Positions 27,451 through 40,890 of a stretch of 64,000 bases of DNA are shown piece after piece. The DNA lies in contig CM059432.1 of the NCBI GenBank assembly GCA_030390025.1, forward strand, positions 10,850,001 to 10,914,000, read 5' to 3'. This stretch comes from Squalus acanthias (taxonomy: Eukaryota). Within the stretch, counting starts at the first letter, position 1, and the number at the start of each line of letters is the position of its first letter. A program made the translations under genes and the position numbers. Under the pieces are notes generated by a model. The model worked only from the letters and a program-made list of their open reading frames with translations. It searched no databases and was not told where the DNA came from.

Positions 27451-29304
27451 CTACTCTTAATCTGCCCCAAGCTTCTTCCCTGCAAGACAGTAGTAACATA
27501 GGACGCATGCAACCATCCATTTGGTTATCTGTTGCTTAGTCACCTTCTGTTCTTGCACCATATGCAGGTCTCTGATTTCCTGTAACTGATGAAGTCAAAT
27601 TCTGTTTCTATTACATGAAATTCCAGGATTTGGGGGACTGATTTGGCAGCACAATTCTATTTTTCCATGGAAACCGTAAAGGATTTGCAATAACTGTAGA
27701 AAATGAACAACTGTTTAAATTGTTCTATGCAAGAGACATAATAACGTAGGACTCTGCGTGTACCTTCATAGTTCAAATTATATTTCAGTTTTGACTTTTA
27801 ACACCAGATAAACAATAGGACAATTTCTTGACCCAAATTGAAGTGGGAAATAAAACTCTGCCCTATCAGAATGCCAAATCAAATACGGCTGATTGATAAT
27901 AAAGGCTAGTTCACTAGCTCGGCAGGCCCAACCCAATGTTAACAGTTTACCATACAAGAAAATTAAACCCTCATGTCCAAAGAGGTTTGAATGCTGTGTA
28001 CATGAACTCTCGAAGAATTAAACTGTTTCCAAATTACAATCATTGGCACCTAATAAGGTACAATTTGTTCTTTCCATTCAACCTTAGTTCTTCATTCATA
28101 GTTTTCCTAACCTCTATCCTCACTTTTGATTCACTACATCTTCAATTCTCATTTATTGCTAAATATGAAATTGCAGCAGCAAGAAATTTACATTTAAAAT
28201 TTGACATCCATAAGGTAACAGTGAATAACGGCAGACAAAAAGCACTAGACAATATTTTTATAGGAATACAAATATATCTCCCGTGCAACGTTTATTGCAA
28301 GTCAAAATATATACTTTTTGTAATAGGAGCGTCACCAACAAAATATGATGAGGAATCCCTACAGTAAGTGCGACACTTAAAGGAACATGAGATGCAGTTT
28401 TCAAACTATGTAAACAGATGTGGTTATCTTTACATTTGTTTTTTTGCTAATCTAACAGTACTTTTTGTACAATATAGCTGCAACTATAAAGATTTAAATT
28501 ATGTATATTTAGAATTGGGATTGTTAACAGCATTTAATGTGTGTATGTATTGGTTTGATAGAAACTGCATATCTGTATTTGTAGCATGAAGAGCAATAGC
28601 TGGTGGCTGTAGTAGAATAAAACCTAAATTAAACTGTTACGGTGGAATGTTGCTATTGCATTGGTTAATTGTGTATTACTCACACAGTACAACTAGATGT
28701 ACGTCACATGTATCTTTACTTAACAAACATCTACTACCATTCAGTAACCAAGGAAGTAACGCACTCACAATGATCAAAAGACACTCGCACTCTGCCTTTC
28801 AACTTACCATTTTACCAATAAACGCACAAAGAAAGGTTAAAGTACAGATGCGTACATCGTGCAAACATGAGTACTCAGATGACATGCCCAATGACTGTGC
28901 CTATTATTCATTTTTTAATTCACTAATCAGAAATGCAATTAGCCACATCTGGATTCCCAATTAGCCACCTGTGGTTACTGGCTAACATTGGACAACAATG
29001 CACTAAAGCAGTGCAGCACAATCAAGTCAGAACAGGAGAAGCGAGAGTGAGAGTGAGGGTAGGCCATCAGGCCTTATGAAGTGGCCAAGAGCAGACAAAA
29101 CAGTGCCTGAACAGGTGGGGGGGGAGAAGAGGGAGCGGAACTAGAATGGCTGAGATCAACGTGGGCAGGATGGAATGGCACCTCGAAGACTGTGATTGGG
29201 GAACCAGAAGCAGCATGGAGGGTAACAAAGTCACGAGGGAGGAAAATATTAACTCGAAGTGTAAAAAAAAATTAATTTACCCGAGGAAAGGGCAATAGTA
29301 CAAC

Positions 29305-30050
29305 AACTTGCATTTATATACAGCCTTAAATATAGAAAAATATCTCAAGGCATAATCAAAAAAACATGCACTGAACCAAAGGAGGCGATATTAGCAGGGG
29401 TGACAAACAGCTTAGTCAAAGGAGGTATGTTGTAAAGAGAAGAGAGAGTTGGAGGGAATTCCAGAGCATGGGGTTTAAGCGGTTGAAAGCACAGTCGCCA
29501 ATGCTGGGAAAAAGAGCTGGGGAATGCACAAGAGGGCAGCGTCGGAGGAACGGAGAGTTTGGGGGATGGGTTCTAGGGCAGGAGGAGAGAGGCCATGAAG
29601 GAATTTTAAAACAAAGATGAGAGTTTTAAATCTGAGGTATTGGAGGACCAGGAGCTAAAGTAGTCGAGCAAAGACAGGGATAAATGGGAGAGTAGGATTT
29701 GGTGAGGGATAGGATGAGAATAGAGTTTTGAATGAGCTGAAGTTTACAGAACTTGGATAATGGGAAGCCGAATACTCACAAATGGAGGTGAAAAAGGCAT
29801 AACTCTGAGTTTCAGCAGCGGGTGGGGACGAATGACATTATCGAGGTGATGGGAGAGGATATGGGGACAGAGCTCAGTTTGGAGCCAAATAGGACGCCAA
29901 GATTACGGACAGACTGGATCTGCCAGGGAGGGGGATGGAGTTTGTGGCAGGGGCCGAAGATAATGGCTTTGGTCTTCTCAATGCTTAGCTCAAAGTAATT
30001 GCGGTTCATTCGAGACTGGATGTTGGGCAAGCAGTCTCAATACAGAGGCA
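29305..30050 (-). mobile_element. Degenerate L2 3' fragment
   Basis: KTKAIIFGP..VRNLGVLF remnant and tail. Confidence 0.7.
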
Positions 30051-31214
30051 ACATAGGGGTCAAAAGTTGAAAAAAAAATGGCAGGCGCACCAGAGCAATT
30101 CATGCCACGCCACTATCTGGTAGCTGGGCACCTGCAACTATACCAGGACACGTGACTGCTGCATAAGAAGTCCCATTATAAATGTTTACATACAAAATCC
30201 CAATTATGAAAGTTTACACAGCAATTTTAGATTTTATATGTGGACATAAAAGCAACAGGAAGTAAGGTTTGTGGACAGGAAATACACACCATACACAAGG
30301 CTTTTAATGATATATTAATGGTGGATTTTCAATGGTTTGCTGATGAAGTCAGAGGTGAACACTGTCCCAAGGGAAAATGCTGGGGTGTAGAAGTTGGGGC
30401 AGAGTGCATATATCCAATGAAAGACTTCAGAAAGAAATTTCTTAAGCGTTCTGCCCAGAAATAGTACTTTTTAAATTGCTTCCTGGAATGCAACGCCCTT
30501 CAAAAAAAGTTTTTTCAGTAATTTTATTGGTTCAGCTTTCCCTTGCATAAGAAACTTGCGTGCAATTAATAAACTCCAATCATTAATAATTATTAATAAC
30601 CAAATAAAGTGGAAGAAACCTCAACTAAGGAGGACTAAGTAATAATTACTATAGATAAATGTACTGAATACAGGCTCGATGCCAGAGTGTGACACAGGAA
30701 TTGTGATGGACTGGAAATAACGCTAAACATAGCATTTTTATGAGATAAAGTAACAAGCAGATCTCCATTTTGTCTTTAAATTGCTCTCTGGATTTGGCCG
30801 AAGATAGCAAAGCCGCATTTATTGCTCATTCTTAACTGCCATGAGAAGCTGGTGGTGGGCCTTTCCTGTAGCCCTTGGTGATGCTGCTACCATACATAGA
30901 TTGTGCACTGAGAGTCTGAGATTACATTGTTGCAAGGACAGTTGCTGGAAAGTGGAGAGTGCACAACTTCTGTGTTCAGAATTTAGAACGAAGATCGTAA
31001 GAGATCGCCCCAGAAATCATTTGGTTTTGCTGATTCATTCCAGTGAAATAAAAGTGTTTTTCCACTAGAAAAAAAATCCAGTCTACTCCTCTTAATTCAA
31101 GATTGCTAAATTGAAGTTACCAGATAATCCAATTTCTTAACTCTGAATTCGCAATTCACTGTTTTTTTTTCTTAATTATCAGGGATAGACAGTACCACAG
31201 TACTTCAATAAATC

Positions 31215-31217
<3 letters not shown>

Positions 31218-31257
<40 letters not shown>
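31218..31257. repeat. (TA)n microsatellite
   Basis: About 20 TA units. Confidence 0.95.
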
Positions 31258-31270
<13 letters not shown>

Positions 31271-31284
31271 AATAGATGCATGGA

Positions 31285-31895
31285 AAATGAAAGAGATCCT
31301 GGGTTACTGATTGACAATAAATTGAAGCCATCACAACAACGCTCGGCGGCAGTGAGTAAAGCAAATCAGACGCTGGGATGTATTAAAAGGTCAATAGTGA
31401 GCTGAAATAGTGAGGTAATCCTACCTACCACTTTATAAATCATTGGTGCGACCGCACTTAGAACACCGTGCACAGTTCTGGCTGCCACAGTACAAAAAGG
31501 ATATTGCAGCTATTGAAAGGATACAGAACAGAGAGCGACCAGAATGATTGAGGGAGTGGAGGGATTGGATTATGAGGAGCAATTGTGTAAAATGGGCCTA
31601 TTCTCACTGGAAAAGAGAAGGCGGAGAGGTGATATGATTGCTATTTTTAGGACTCTAACGGGACTAGATAATGTCGATCATGACCAAGATATTTCACCTT
31701 GTCCAGAACAGTAGAACCAGAGCACACGGCCTGCGCGTGAAGGGGTGTAAATTCAAAACCAATCTGATGAAACAATATTTCAGTGAGCGAGCAGTCAATA
31801 TATGGAACAGGCTCCCTAGGCAGATGGTGGAAGCGGTTAGTATTCATTCAAATGCAAATTAGATCAATTTCTTTCAGAAAATAACATTTTAGGAT
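31285..31895 (+). mobile_element. Older CR1 3' fragment
   Basis: LVRPHLEH.., FSERAVNIWNRLP remnants. Confidence 0.75.
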
Positions 31896-32814
31896 ACAGT
31901 TTAAGAGTTATTTGAGACAAGACCTATGGTTCCAAAGCTCTCCACCACTGGGGTTTTGCTTGTGTCATTTCTGGGTCTGTTGTTGACTAATTATTAGAGA
32001 TTGATTGCTACAATTAGTCAACAACCCCATTATCATTGCATCATGCGGCTACCGGGATGGTAGAAGGTGAACTAGATGATCTTTTTTTCAGTCTAGCAAT
32101 TCCTCTGTTCCCATCAATCAACAATCCATATTTTCAAGTTCTCAGTACAAAGGAAGGTAGATTTAGATTTAATAACAATTTAGAATGCATTACATAATAT
32201 AAACATTTCTTCTCTGTCCTCATGCTCAGTGTGCCTCTCCAAAATTCATGCTTTACCTATTCTCAACTACTTATGAAAAAACAAACGATATTTGCCACAA
32301 TTTGATTGGCTTTGCTTCTGCTTCTCACTGTCGGCAGCTGTTACTGATTGCCAATGTGTGAGGGGAAGTTTCGTGTTTGTAGTTTTCATTCCTGCTCATC
32401 AGAAATCCATGCATACATATAATTGTATTACAGTAAAATATCAGACCTTCCATAACGTTACTCGTGGTAAGTTGGTTGGTGTACTGTTTTATGGCGGGAG
32501 TTTTATGTGGCGTGATGTAACACACAATGTATTATTCCGCTAATTGTTGATAAATAAATACAAGCTGAGATCCAAGTGTTTAATTGTTGTTTGATCAGAG
32601 AACTTTGCAAACTTGTAAAGTTTCAGCACCAGGTCAGAAGCACCCAGCATTAAGTAACTGGCCTTTTCATCTCTTTTTTTAATGGATCATTTTGCATCTG
32701 TAACAAAGTATAACGTCTGGCACTTGTACCAGTGGATGTCCTGTCACATTGCGCATGATGAGTCTGAAGATAGGCTTCTTTAATTCTGAGAACACATTTT
32801 ATAACAACAATATG

Positions 32815-34610
32815 GCGAGATTAGAAATCGATCATAAGGAAATAGCAGACTTGTTAACTGAGTACTTTGTATCCATTTTCACAGAAGAGGACAAAATATC
32901 AGCAGCACAAGGGAACCTAAAAATAAGTCAAGGGGAGGAATTTAATGGATTTAATACAAGTTTCTAAAATGGTAATGGAGAAAATAATGGGACTTCAGAT
33001 ACACAAATCACCAGGACCCAATGGTTTTCACCCAAGCTATTAAAAGAAATAGGTGTGGAAATTGTGTTGGTTATAATTTTCCAAAGCTCACTAGATTCAG
33101 GAATTATGCCATTGGATTAGAAAACAATGGAGTGACATTTGCAATTTAAGAAGGGAGAAACCAGATAACTACAGCCCTATTAGTCTAAAATCAATTGTGG
33201 AGAAGTTACTAGAATCTATCCAAGACTTGCGCTTAAAGGGTTAAATTTTGAGGTTAGGTTTTATAAATTTGGCTTCTATTCCCTTGAGTTTAGATGGCTG
33301 AGGGCTGTATCAGCAGATCAGAGAGTCACTATGGATTTGTGATGGGTAAGTTATGTCTGACTAATCTAGTTTCATTTTTTTGAGAAGGTCACAAGCATGG
33401 CGAAGAGGGGGTTGGGTCTATGGATGTTGTCTAAATGGACTTCGAGAAAGAATCTGATAAGGTTTTGCACAAGAGACTATTAACAAAAAAATGAGTGCAC
33501 ACAGAATTGAAGGTAACCTTGTGACATGGTTGGGAGGAAGGAGACAGAGAGTAGAGATAAAGGGAACGTTTCCTGATTTTAGGGGGGGGGGGGGGCGGGG
33601 GGGGGATGTGACAACTGGAGTTCCCCAGGGATATGAACTGAGGCCTCAGCTTTTCACCATATATATTAATGGCTTGGATGAAGGAATAGAGTTGTATATC
33701 CAAGCTTGCAGATGCCACTAAGTTCGGAGGTACAGTAAGCTGTGTGGATGGAAGAAGGAAGTTATAAAAGGGACATAGGCAGAGTAAGTGAGTGGGCAAA
33801 ACTGTGGCAGGTGGAGCTCAATGCGGGGAAGTGTGAGGTCATCAACTTTAGATCCAAGAAAGACAAATCGGAATATTTTCTTAATGGTGAGAGACTCGGA
33901 GCTGTGAAGGGGGCAAAGGGATTTTACAGCTCACTAGAAGCTAGTACATTAGGTACAAAAAGTAATCAAGGCGGCTAATGGAATGTCAGCCTTTATCTCA
34001 AGAGGTTGGAGCTTCAAAGTGAGGTGGTGATTATTCAGTTGTTCAGCGCCTTCGCCACACCCCATCTGGAGCACTGCATTCATATTTGGCATCGAACCCC
34101 AGGAAAGATATATTGCCAATGGATGGAAGGGGTACAGCGCAGATTCACCAGAATTATACCAGGGCTGAAAGGGTTAAATTTTGAGGTCAGGTTTTATAAA
34201 CTTGGCTTCTATTCCCTTGAGTTTCGATGGTTGAGGAGTGATCTAATCAGGGTATCTAAAATTATACAGATTCAACAGGGTAGATACAGAGAAACTATTT
34301 CCCCTGGTTGGGAATCCAGAACGAGAGCGCAACATTTTAAAATTAGAGCTAGGCCATTTAGGAGTGAAGTCAGGAAGCAATTTTTCTACGCAATGGGTAG
34401 TGGAAATCTAGAACTCACTATTCCAAAAGGCTGTGGATGCAAAGTCAATTGATATTTTCCAGACTGAGATGGATAGATTTTTGTGGGGTAAGGATATCAA
34501 TGGATATAGAACAAAGGCAGGTAAATGTAGTTGAGGTATAGATCAGCCAAGATCTGATTAAATGATGAAACAAACTCAAGGGGCGGAATGGCCTACTCTT
34601 GTTCCTATGT
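32815..34610 (+). mobile_element. Degenerate CR1 LINE
   Basis: GVPQG..PQLFTIYIN, WAKLWQVELNAGKC, PHLEHC remnants and 3' UTR. Confidence 0.85.
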
Positions 34611-34777
34611 AACAGACATTGTGCACTGCAGCACAAAATGTATTAACAGGTCCAGGGAGTTTGTCCATTTCCATGGTAAACAGATGTTATTCTGGACTTT
34701 TACCAGTGTTTGGGGACCAAATGCCAGGAAAACCATAAATAGGTGGCCTTGATTACTGTATGTTCCTTCACTTACTT

Positions 34778-35412
34778 AGAACATAAGAACATAAGAAATA
34801 GGAGCAGTAGTAGGCCAATTGGCCCCTCGAGCCTGCTCCGCCATTCAATAAGATCATGGCTGATCTGATGCTAACCGCCAATCTACTATCACAGAACCAT
34901 CTCCTGAACCTAACAGAATTGGACACACAAAATAGGAGCAGGATCAGGCTACACGGTCCCTGGGCCCGCTACGCTACCCACAGGGCCATGACCGATCCGA
35001 ACCTAGACTCATGTCCAAATTCCTGCCCGCTCCCCGTAACCCTTAATTCCCTTTACTTCTAGGAAACTGTCTATTTCTGTTTTAAATTTATGTAATGATG
35101 TAGCTTCCACAGCTTTTTGTGGCAGCATATTCCATGGACCTACCACCCTCTGAGTGACGTAGTTCCTTCTCATCTCAGTTTTGAAAGAGCAGCCCCTTAT
35201 TCTAAGACTATGCCCCCTAGTTCTAGTTTCACCTATCATCGGGAACATCCTCCCCGCATCCACCCGATCCAACCCCTTCACAATCTTATATGTTTCAATA
35301 AGATCGCCTCTCATTCTTCTGAACTCCAATGAGTAGAGTCCCAATCTACCCAACCTCTCCTCATATGTCCATCCCCTCATCCCCGGGATTAACCGAGTGA
35401 ACCTTCTTTGTA
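34778..35412 (-). mobile_element. CR1 3' fragment
   Basis: YEERLGRLGLYSLEFRRMRGDL..; (ttcttatg)n tail. Confidence 0.9.
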
Positions 35413-35739
35413 CTGACTTATTTCCTTTTTACTCTGCCATGATACATAGTAAGATGGTAGTCAATATATAGATGGCTGGTAGATACGTGAGGCTGAACAG
35501 TGGTGAGATGGGGGGGGGGGGGGGTGGGGGCGTGGTCGCTGCTATTTGGTATATTTAGTGGGTGGATCGGTGGAACTGCAATATTGTGGAGTGCGAACCT
35601 AGTTTGGTAGCACTACAGCAGGGCACACAGGGGTTGGTTTACTGGATTGTTCCTGGGATCTGGCAGTAGTCAGCGATATGTTTTGGATGAGCAGTCACTG
35701 AGACGGCATGAAATTACAGGGTTTTGGGGCATGGTTAAG

Positions 35740-36206
35740 TGTCAGCTGTGGCTCAGTGGGTAGCACCCTCGCCTCTGAGTCAGAAGGTTGTGGGTTCGAG
35801 TCCCACTCCAGGGTCTTGAGCACATAAAGCTAGGCTGACACTCCAGTGCAGTGCTGAGGGAGTGCTGCACTGTCAGAGGTGCTGTCTTTCGGATGAGACG
35901 TTAAACTGAGGCCCCTGCCTGCTCTCTCAGGTGGATGTAAAAGATCCCATGGCACTATTTCGAAGAAGAGCAGGGGAATTACCCCCGGTGTCCTGGCCAA
36001 TATTTATCCCTCAACCAACATAACAAAAACAGATTATCTGGTCATTATCACATTGTTGTTTGTGGGACCTTGCTGTTCGCAAATTGGCTGCCGCATTTCC
36101 CACACTACAACAGTGACTCCACTTGAAAAGTATTTCATTGACTGTAAAGCGCTTTGAGACGTCCAGTGGTCGTGAAAGGCGCTATATAAATGCAAGTCTT
36201 TTTTCT
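35740..36206 (+). mobile_element. SacSINE1-like SINE, full length
   Basis: A/B boxes, Deu core, L2-like tail. Confidence 0.88.
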
Positions 36207-36994
36207 TTATTGGGGTGGGGGCTTGGGGGGGGGGGGGGGGGGGAAGCACTGGAATTTTTTTAATATTAGTTCTTGGTATGTGGATAATGCTGGCAATTTA
36301 TTGTCCATTCTTAATTACCCTGAGAAGGTGGTACTGGGCCTTTTTCTTGAACCGCTGCAGTCCTTGTGGTGATGGTGCGCCCCCGGTGTTGCTATGTCCT
36401 AGTTAGTATAGTGCATGATTTGGAGGGCACCATGGAGATAATGGTGTTCCCACAACATTGCTGCTCTTGTTGCCCTCAGAGATAGAGACTGCGGGGAAGG
36501 GAGGTGCTGTTGATGACAAGGGAGTTGATCTGGCAGCATCTGGGGTGGATAATCCCATGATGTCACAGCACTGTGGAAGGTGCCCGTGTCTGGAACACTG
36601 AACAGGATCCGAGGGTGTGTCACAACGAGGATCCAGGTTCCCAGGGTCTGGTAGCATTGAGAAAGGGTATAGTGAAGTGTTGCAACATGATAGGGCTCCC
36701 AGGGCATGTCAACACTGTAAAAGGGTGCAGTCTCACTGTATTTACCCTACCTAGATCATTCTTTCCACCTCTCAAAAAGTGCAGCACATTTACAATAACG
36801 TCCATTTAGTTGGGTTCCGGGAGACCAGTGTCCACAGAACCTACTCACCGCATTTATATTAAATATAGCTCCATTAGCTTAGTCAATGAAACCCAAGTCT
36901 ATGATCCTGTGCCAGGATAAGAGAACCACATCTAGCATTGTAAATGATGTGACAGAATCCAAAATAACAAGTACCAGTGTAAAACAACAAGAAG

Positions 36995-38450
36995 TTATAT
37001 TTATATAGCGCCTTTCACATAGTAAAACATCCCAAGGCGCTTCACAGGAGTAATATAAGACAAAAAATTTGACACCGAGCCACATAAGGAGAAATTAGTG
37101 CAGGTGACCAAAAGCTTGGTCAAAGAGGTAGGTCTTAAGGAGCGTCTTGAAGAAGGAAAGAGAGGTAGAGAGGCGGAGAGGTTTAGGCAGGGAATTCCAG
37201 AGCTTGGGGCCCAGGCAACAGAAGGCACGGCCACCAATGGTTGAGCGATCATAATCAGGGACGCTCAAGAAGCCAGAATTAGAGAAGCACGGATATCTTT
37301 GATGGGGGGGCTGGAGGAGATTACAGAGATAGGGAGGGCCAAAGCCACGGAGGGATTTGAAAACAAGGATGAGAATTTTGAAATCGAGGCGTTGCTTAAC
37401 TGGGAGCCAATTTAGGTCAGCGAGCACAGGGGTGATGGGTGAACGGGACTTGGTGCAAGTTAGGACACAGGCAGCAGAGTTTTGGATGACCTCACGTTTA
37501 CGTTGGGTAGAATGTGGGAGGCCAGCCAGGAGTGCATTGGAATAGTCAAGTCTAGAAGTACCAAAGGCATGGATGAGGGTTTCAGCAGCGGGTGAGGTGA
37601 GGCAAGGGCGGAGACGGGCGATGTTATGGAGGTGGAAGTAGGCGGTCTTTGTTATGCCGCAGCTATGTGGTCGGAAGCTCATTTCAGGGTCAAATATGAC
37701 ATCAAGGTTGCGAAAAGTGTGGTTCAGTCTCAGACAGATGTTCGAGAGAGGGATGGAGTCAGTGGCTAGGGAACGGAGTTTGTGGCGGGGACCAAAAACA
37801 ATGGCTTTGGTCTTCCCAATATTTAACTGGAGAAAATTTCTGCTCATCCAGTACTGGATGTCAGACGAGCAGTCTGACAATTTAGAGACCGTGGAGGGGT
37901 CGAGAGGTGTGGTGGGGAGATAGAGCTGGGTGTCATCAGCGTACATGTGGAAACTGACGCTGTGTTTTCGGTTGATGTCGCCAAGAGGCAGCATGTAGAT
38001 GAGAAATAGGAGGGGGCCAAGTATAGATCCTTGGGGGACACCAGAGGCAACAATGCAGGAGCAGAAGAGAAATCATTGCAGGTGATTCTCTGGCTATAAT
38101 TAGATAGATAAGAATGGAACCAGGCAAGTGCAGTCCCACCCAGCTGGACGACGGTGGAGGCATTTGAGTAGGATGGAGTGGTCAACCATATCAAAGGTTG
38201 CAGAAGGACGAGGAGGGATAGTTTACCTTTGTCACAGTCACAAAGGATGTCATTTGTGACTTTGATAAGAGCCGTTTCGGTACTGTGGCAGGGGCGGAAA
38301 CCTGATTGGAAGGATTCAAACATGGAGTTGCAGGAAAGATGGGCACAGATTTGAGAGGCGACAACACATCAAGGACTTTGGAGAGGAAAGGGAGGTTAGA
38401 GATGGTACGGTAGTTTGCAAGGATGGAGGGGTTAAGAGTTGTTTTTTTGG
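36995..38450 (-). mobile_element. L2 LINE 3' portion (299-aa ORF remnant)
   Basis: QSGFRPCHSTETAL, FHMYADDTQLY, SRLDYSNALL, LKTYLF; 3' tail gtgaaaggcgctatataaat. Confidence 0.92.
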
Positions 38451-38845
38451 TTTGACTCCATGAAGCCAGTGTCTATAAGTCCCCTTGCCATAATTATACT
38501 ACTAAATCTGGTTCACAGCGGCACAATCGGTGACCAAGTAAAACTGAGCCTACAAGTCTGCTACTGGTCTATGAAAAACAGATTTAAAAGTATAAACACT
38601 AGAAATTAGCTCTCAGACACCAAGCTCCAGGAATCCAAATGTAAAAGACAAATATCATCGTGGCTCTCGTCAATAATCTGCCACCAAGATAAGATGTCAC
38701 TTTTAACCAGTGTAAACACAGAGAGCCACCATACAGGTGCCAGTCAGTGTCCCACAATCCAAACTAAACAATTAGTGAGACCCTCTTTGCATTCCTATTC
38801 GAATTTGTGGAGGAGTGGTAATAGTTTTGAGTGGAATAGTCAAGT

Positions 38846-39262
38846 GTCAGCCATGGCTCAGTGGGTAGCCTCCGAGTCAGCAGGTCGTGGGTCCCAAGTC
38901 CCACGCCAGAGACTTGAGCACAAAAATCTACGCCAACACTCCACTGTCGGAGGTGCCGTCTTTCGGATGAGACGTTAAAGCGAGGCCCCGTCTGCCCTCT
39001 CAGGTGGACGTAAAAAAATCCCATGGCCACTATTTCGAAGAAGAGCGGGGTGAGTTTTCCCTGGTGTCCTGACCAATATTTATCCCTCAACCAACATCAC
39101 TAAAACAGATTATCTGGTCATTATCACATTGCTGTTGGTGGAAGCTTGCTGTGCGCAAATTGGCTGCCGTGTTTCCTACATTACAACAGTGACTGCACTT
39201 CAAAAAAAAGTACTTCATTGGCTGTAAAGCGCTTTGGGACATCCTGAAAGTCTATTTTTTTC
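38846..39262 (+). mobile_element. SacSINE1-like SINE
   Basis: Head and core present, tail partly deleted. Confidence 0.85.
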
Positions 39263-39389
39263 TTTCTATCTGAATTGGTGGAGGAGCTGTAATGAGTACC
39301 TAGAAGCAAAAATATTAAGTGACTGTCACACCTAAATGAGTAAGAATGTGCAGAACACGGAGCTGAGGAGCGAAGGAAACGAAAGAAAG

Positions 39390-39867
39390 AGCAGACTTAC
39401 ATTCATATAGCGCCTTTCACGACCACCGGACGTCCCAAAGCGCTTTACAGCCAACAAGTATTTTTTGAAATGCAACCACCGTTGTAATGTAGGATATGCG
39501 GCAGCCAATTTGCACAAAGCAAGCTCCCACAAACAGCAATGTGATAATGACCAGTGATGTTGATTGAGGGACAGATATAGGCCAGGACACCGGGGATAAC
39601 TCCCCTGGCTCCTCTTCAAAATAGCGGCTGTGGGATCTTTTACATCCACCTGAGAGAGCAGACCGGGGCCTCGGGGTTTAACGTCTCATCCGAAAGATGG
39701 CGCCTCCAACAGTGCAGCGCTCCCTCAGCACCGCACTGGGAGCGAGTGTCGGCCTGGATTTAAATTGTGCTCAAGTCCCCACCCCCCTCCACCACCACCA
39801 CCACCCATGGAGTGGGAACCTTCTGACTCAGAGGCGAAGGGTGCTACCCACTGAGCCACTGGCTGAC
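39390..39867 (-). mobile_element. SacSINE1-like SINE
   Basis: Reverse-complement copy with a (CCA)n insert in the head. Confidence 0.85.
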
Positions 39868-39979
39868 ACAAGCAGGTGCGTGAAGTCCCAAGTTGCAAAC
39901 CACCTGCTGCTGGGAGGGGAAACCACACACATCCCCTTTAAAACCAAGCCACTAACCTTCGGCCAAAAAAAAATACACC

Positions 39980-40530
39980 TTTAAGCAGGCGCAGGCGCAG
40001 TGCGCGGGGGCTCTAGCGCCCCCAGTGGGCTGATCGCGCTCGACTTCCGTTAACGGACAGCCCGACTCGCACCGTCCGACTTTCCTCAGAGATTCCTGCA
40101 GTTCGGTGCACTTCTGAGAGGACGGTAAATAATAAGGCCCAACTTTACTCTCTCTCTCACACACACACAAACTTACCAAATAGGACTGAGGCCAGCGGCT
40201 TTCCCCGTCGATCTCTGCGAATTTCTCTTCCATATTTTAAGCATGTAAAAAGGGGGCGAAAGTCGATTTCCGTTTCGTTTCTTTTTTTTAAAACTATTTT
40301 CGTCGTTTTTCTTTTTTTTCCCCTTCCTCCCTCACGCCGCCGGGTGAACTTTTCCCTCACACCATAAACACTGGCGGCCTCTCGACTCCGCTGCGGCCGC
40401 TGACATGAAAACACAGGCCGCGTCGCGGGCAGCGGTCGCGCAACGCGCATGCGTCCGAGGGGGGGAGGGGAGAGAGCTGGCGCATGCGCAGTGAAGAGGG
40501 GGCGTGACCCGGAAGCGGCGTCACCACCTG
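39980..40530 (-). promoter_or_regulatory. CpG-island promoter of PTPN2 with NRF1, GC-box and ETS/GABP motifs
   Basis: CpG-rich stretch in CpG-poor surroundings; GCGCATGCG at 40445-40453 and 40480-40489 (NRF1 consensus), GGGGCGTG near 40499, CCGGAAG at 40509-40515, GCGCAGGCGCA near 39989, ACTTCCG near 40043; spans exon 1. Confidence 0.8.
40177..40233 (-). CDS. PTPN2: Tyrosine-protein phosphatase non-receptor type 2 (TC-PTP), coding exon 1
   Basis: Translates MEEKFAEIDGESRWPQSYL then GTAAGT donor (acttac at 40171-40176); resembles the PTPN2 N-terminus (IEREFEELDTQRRWQPLYL); lies in a CpG island; phase 0 joins the exon at 25441. Confidence 0.88.
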
Positions 40531-40549
40531 TTCAGACACAACTGGATGC

Positions 40550-40890
40550 TGTTTTGGTGCGATCAACTAAAACTTAACAAAAAATACATCAAATGAAACT
40601 TAACAAATTAAATTAAAATTTGGTTACTGGGGTTGATGAAGCACTCCAGTCCCTGCGGTGCCCACCACTGGCGGAAGGCCTCGAGCGTGACGGCGGACAC
40701 CGCGTGCTCCATCTCCAGGGCCGCCCGGGCGCGAACGTGGCCGCAGAAGAGAGGCAGGCAGGCAGTCGGGCCGAACGACCTCTTCGACCGCCCGCTGCCT
40801 GGACTAGTTGATGGCCACCTTGGCCAGGCCCAGGAGCAATCCCACGAGGAGGTTCCCCGATCTGCCCGCTCCCCTCCGCACCTGGGTGAC
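40550..40890 (-). mobile_element. 5'-truncated Tx1 3' fragment of a diverged subfamily
   Basis: Encodes CLPLFCGHVRARAALEMEHAVSAVTLEAFRQWWAPQGLECFINPSNQILI, homologous to the ORF2 C-terminus, followed by a similar U-rich tail. Confidence 0.9.

Noticed and set aside
27936..28964. Run of AT-rich plus-strand ORFs
   Set aside because: No domain similarity or splice support; antisense intronic sequence.
7890..40233. Gene identity as PTPN1
   Set aside because: The exon 1 end (RW..YL) and the exon 2 start (EIRNES) fit PTPN2 better; only three exons are available for comparison.
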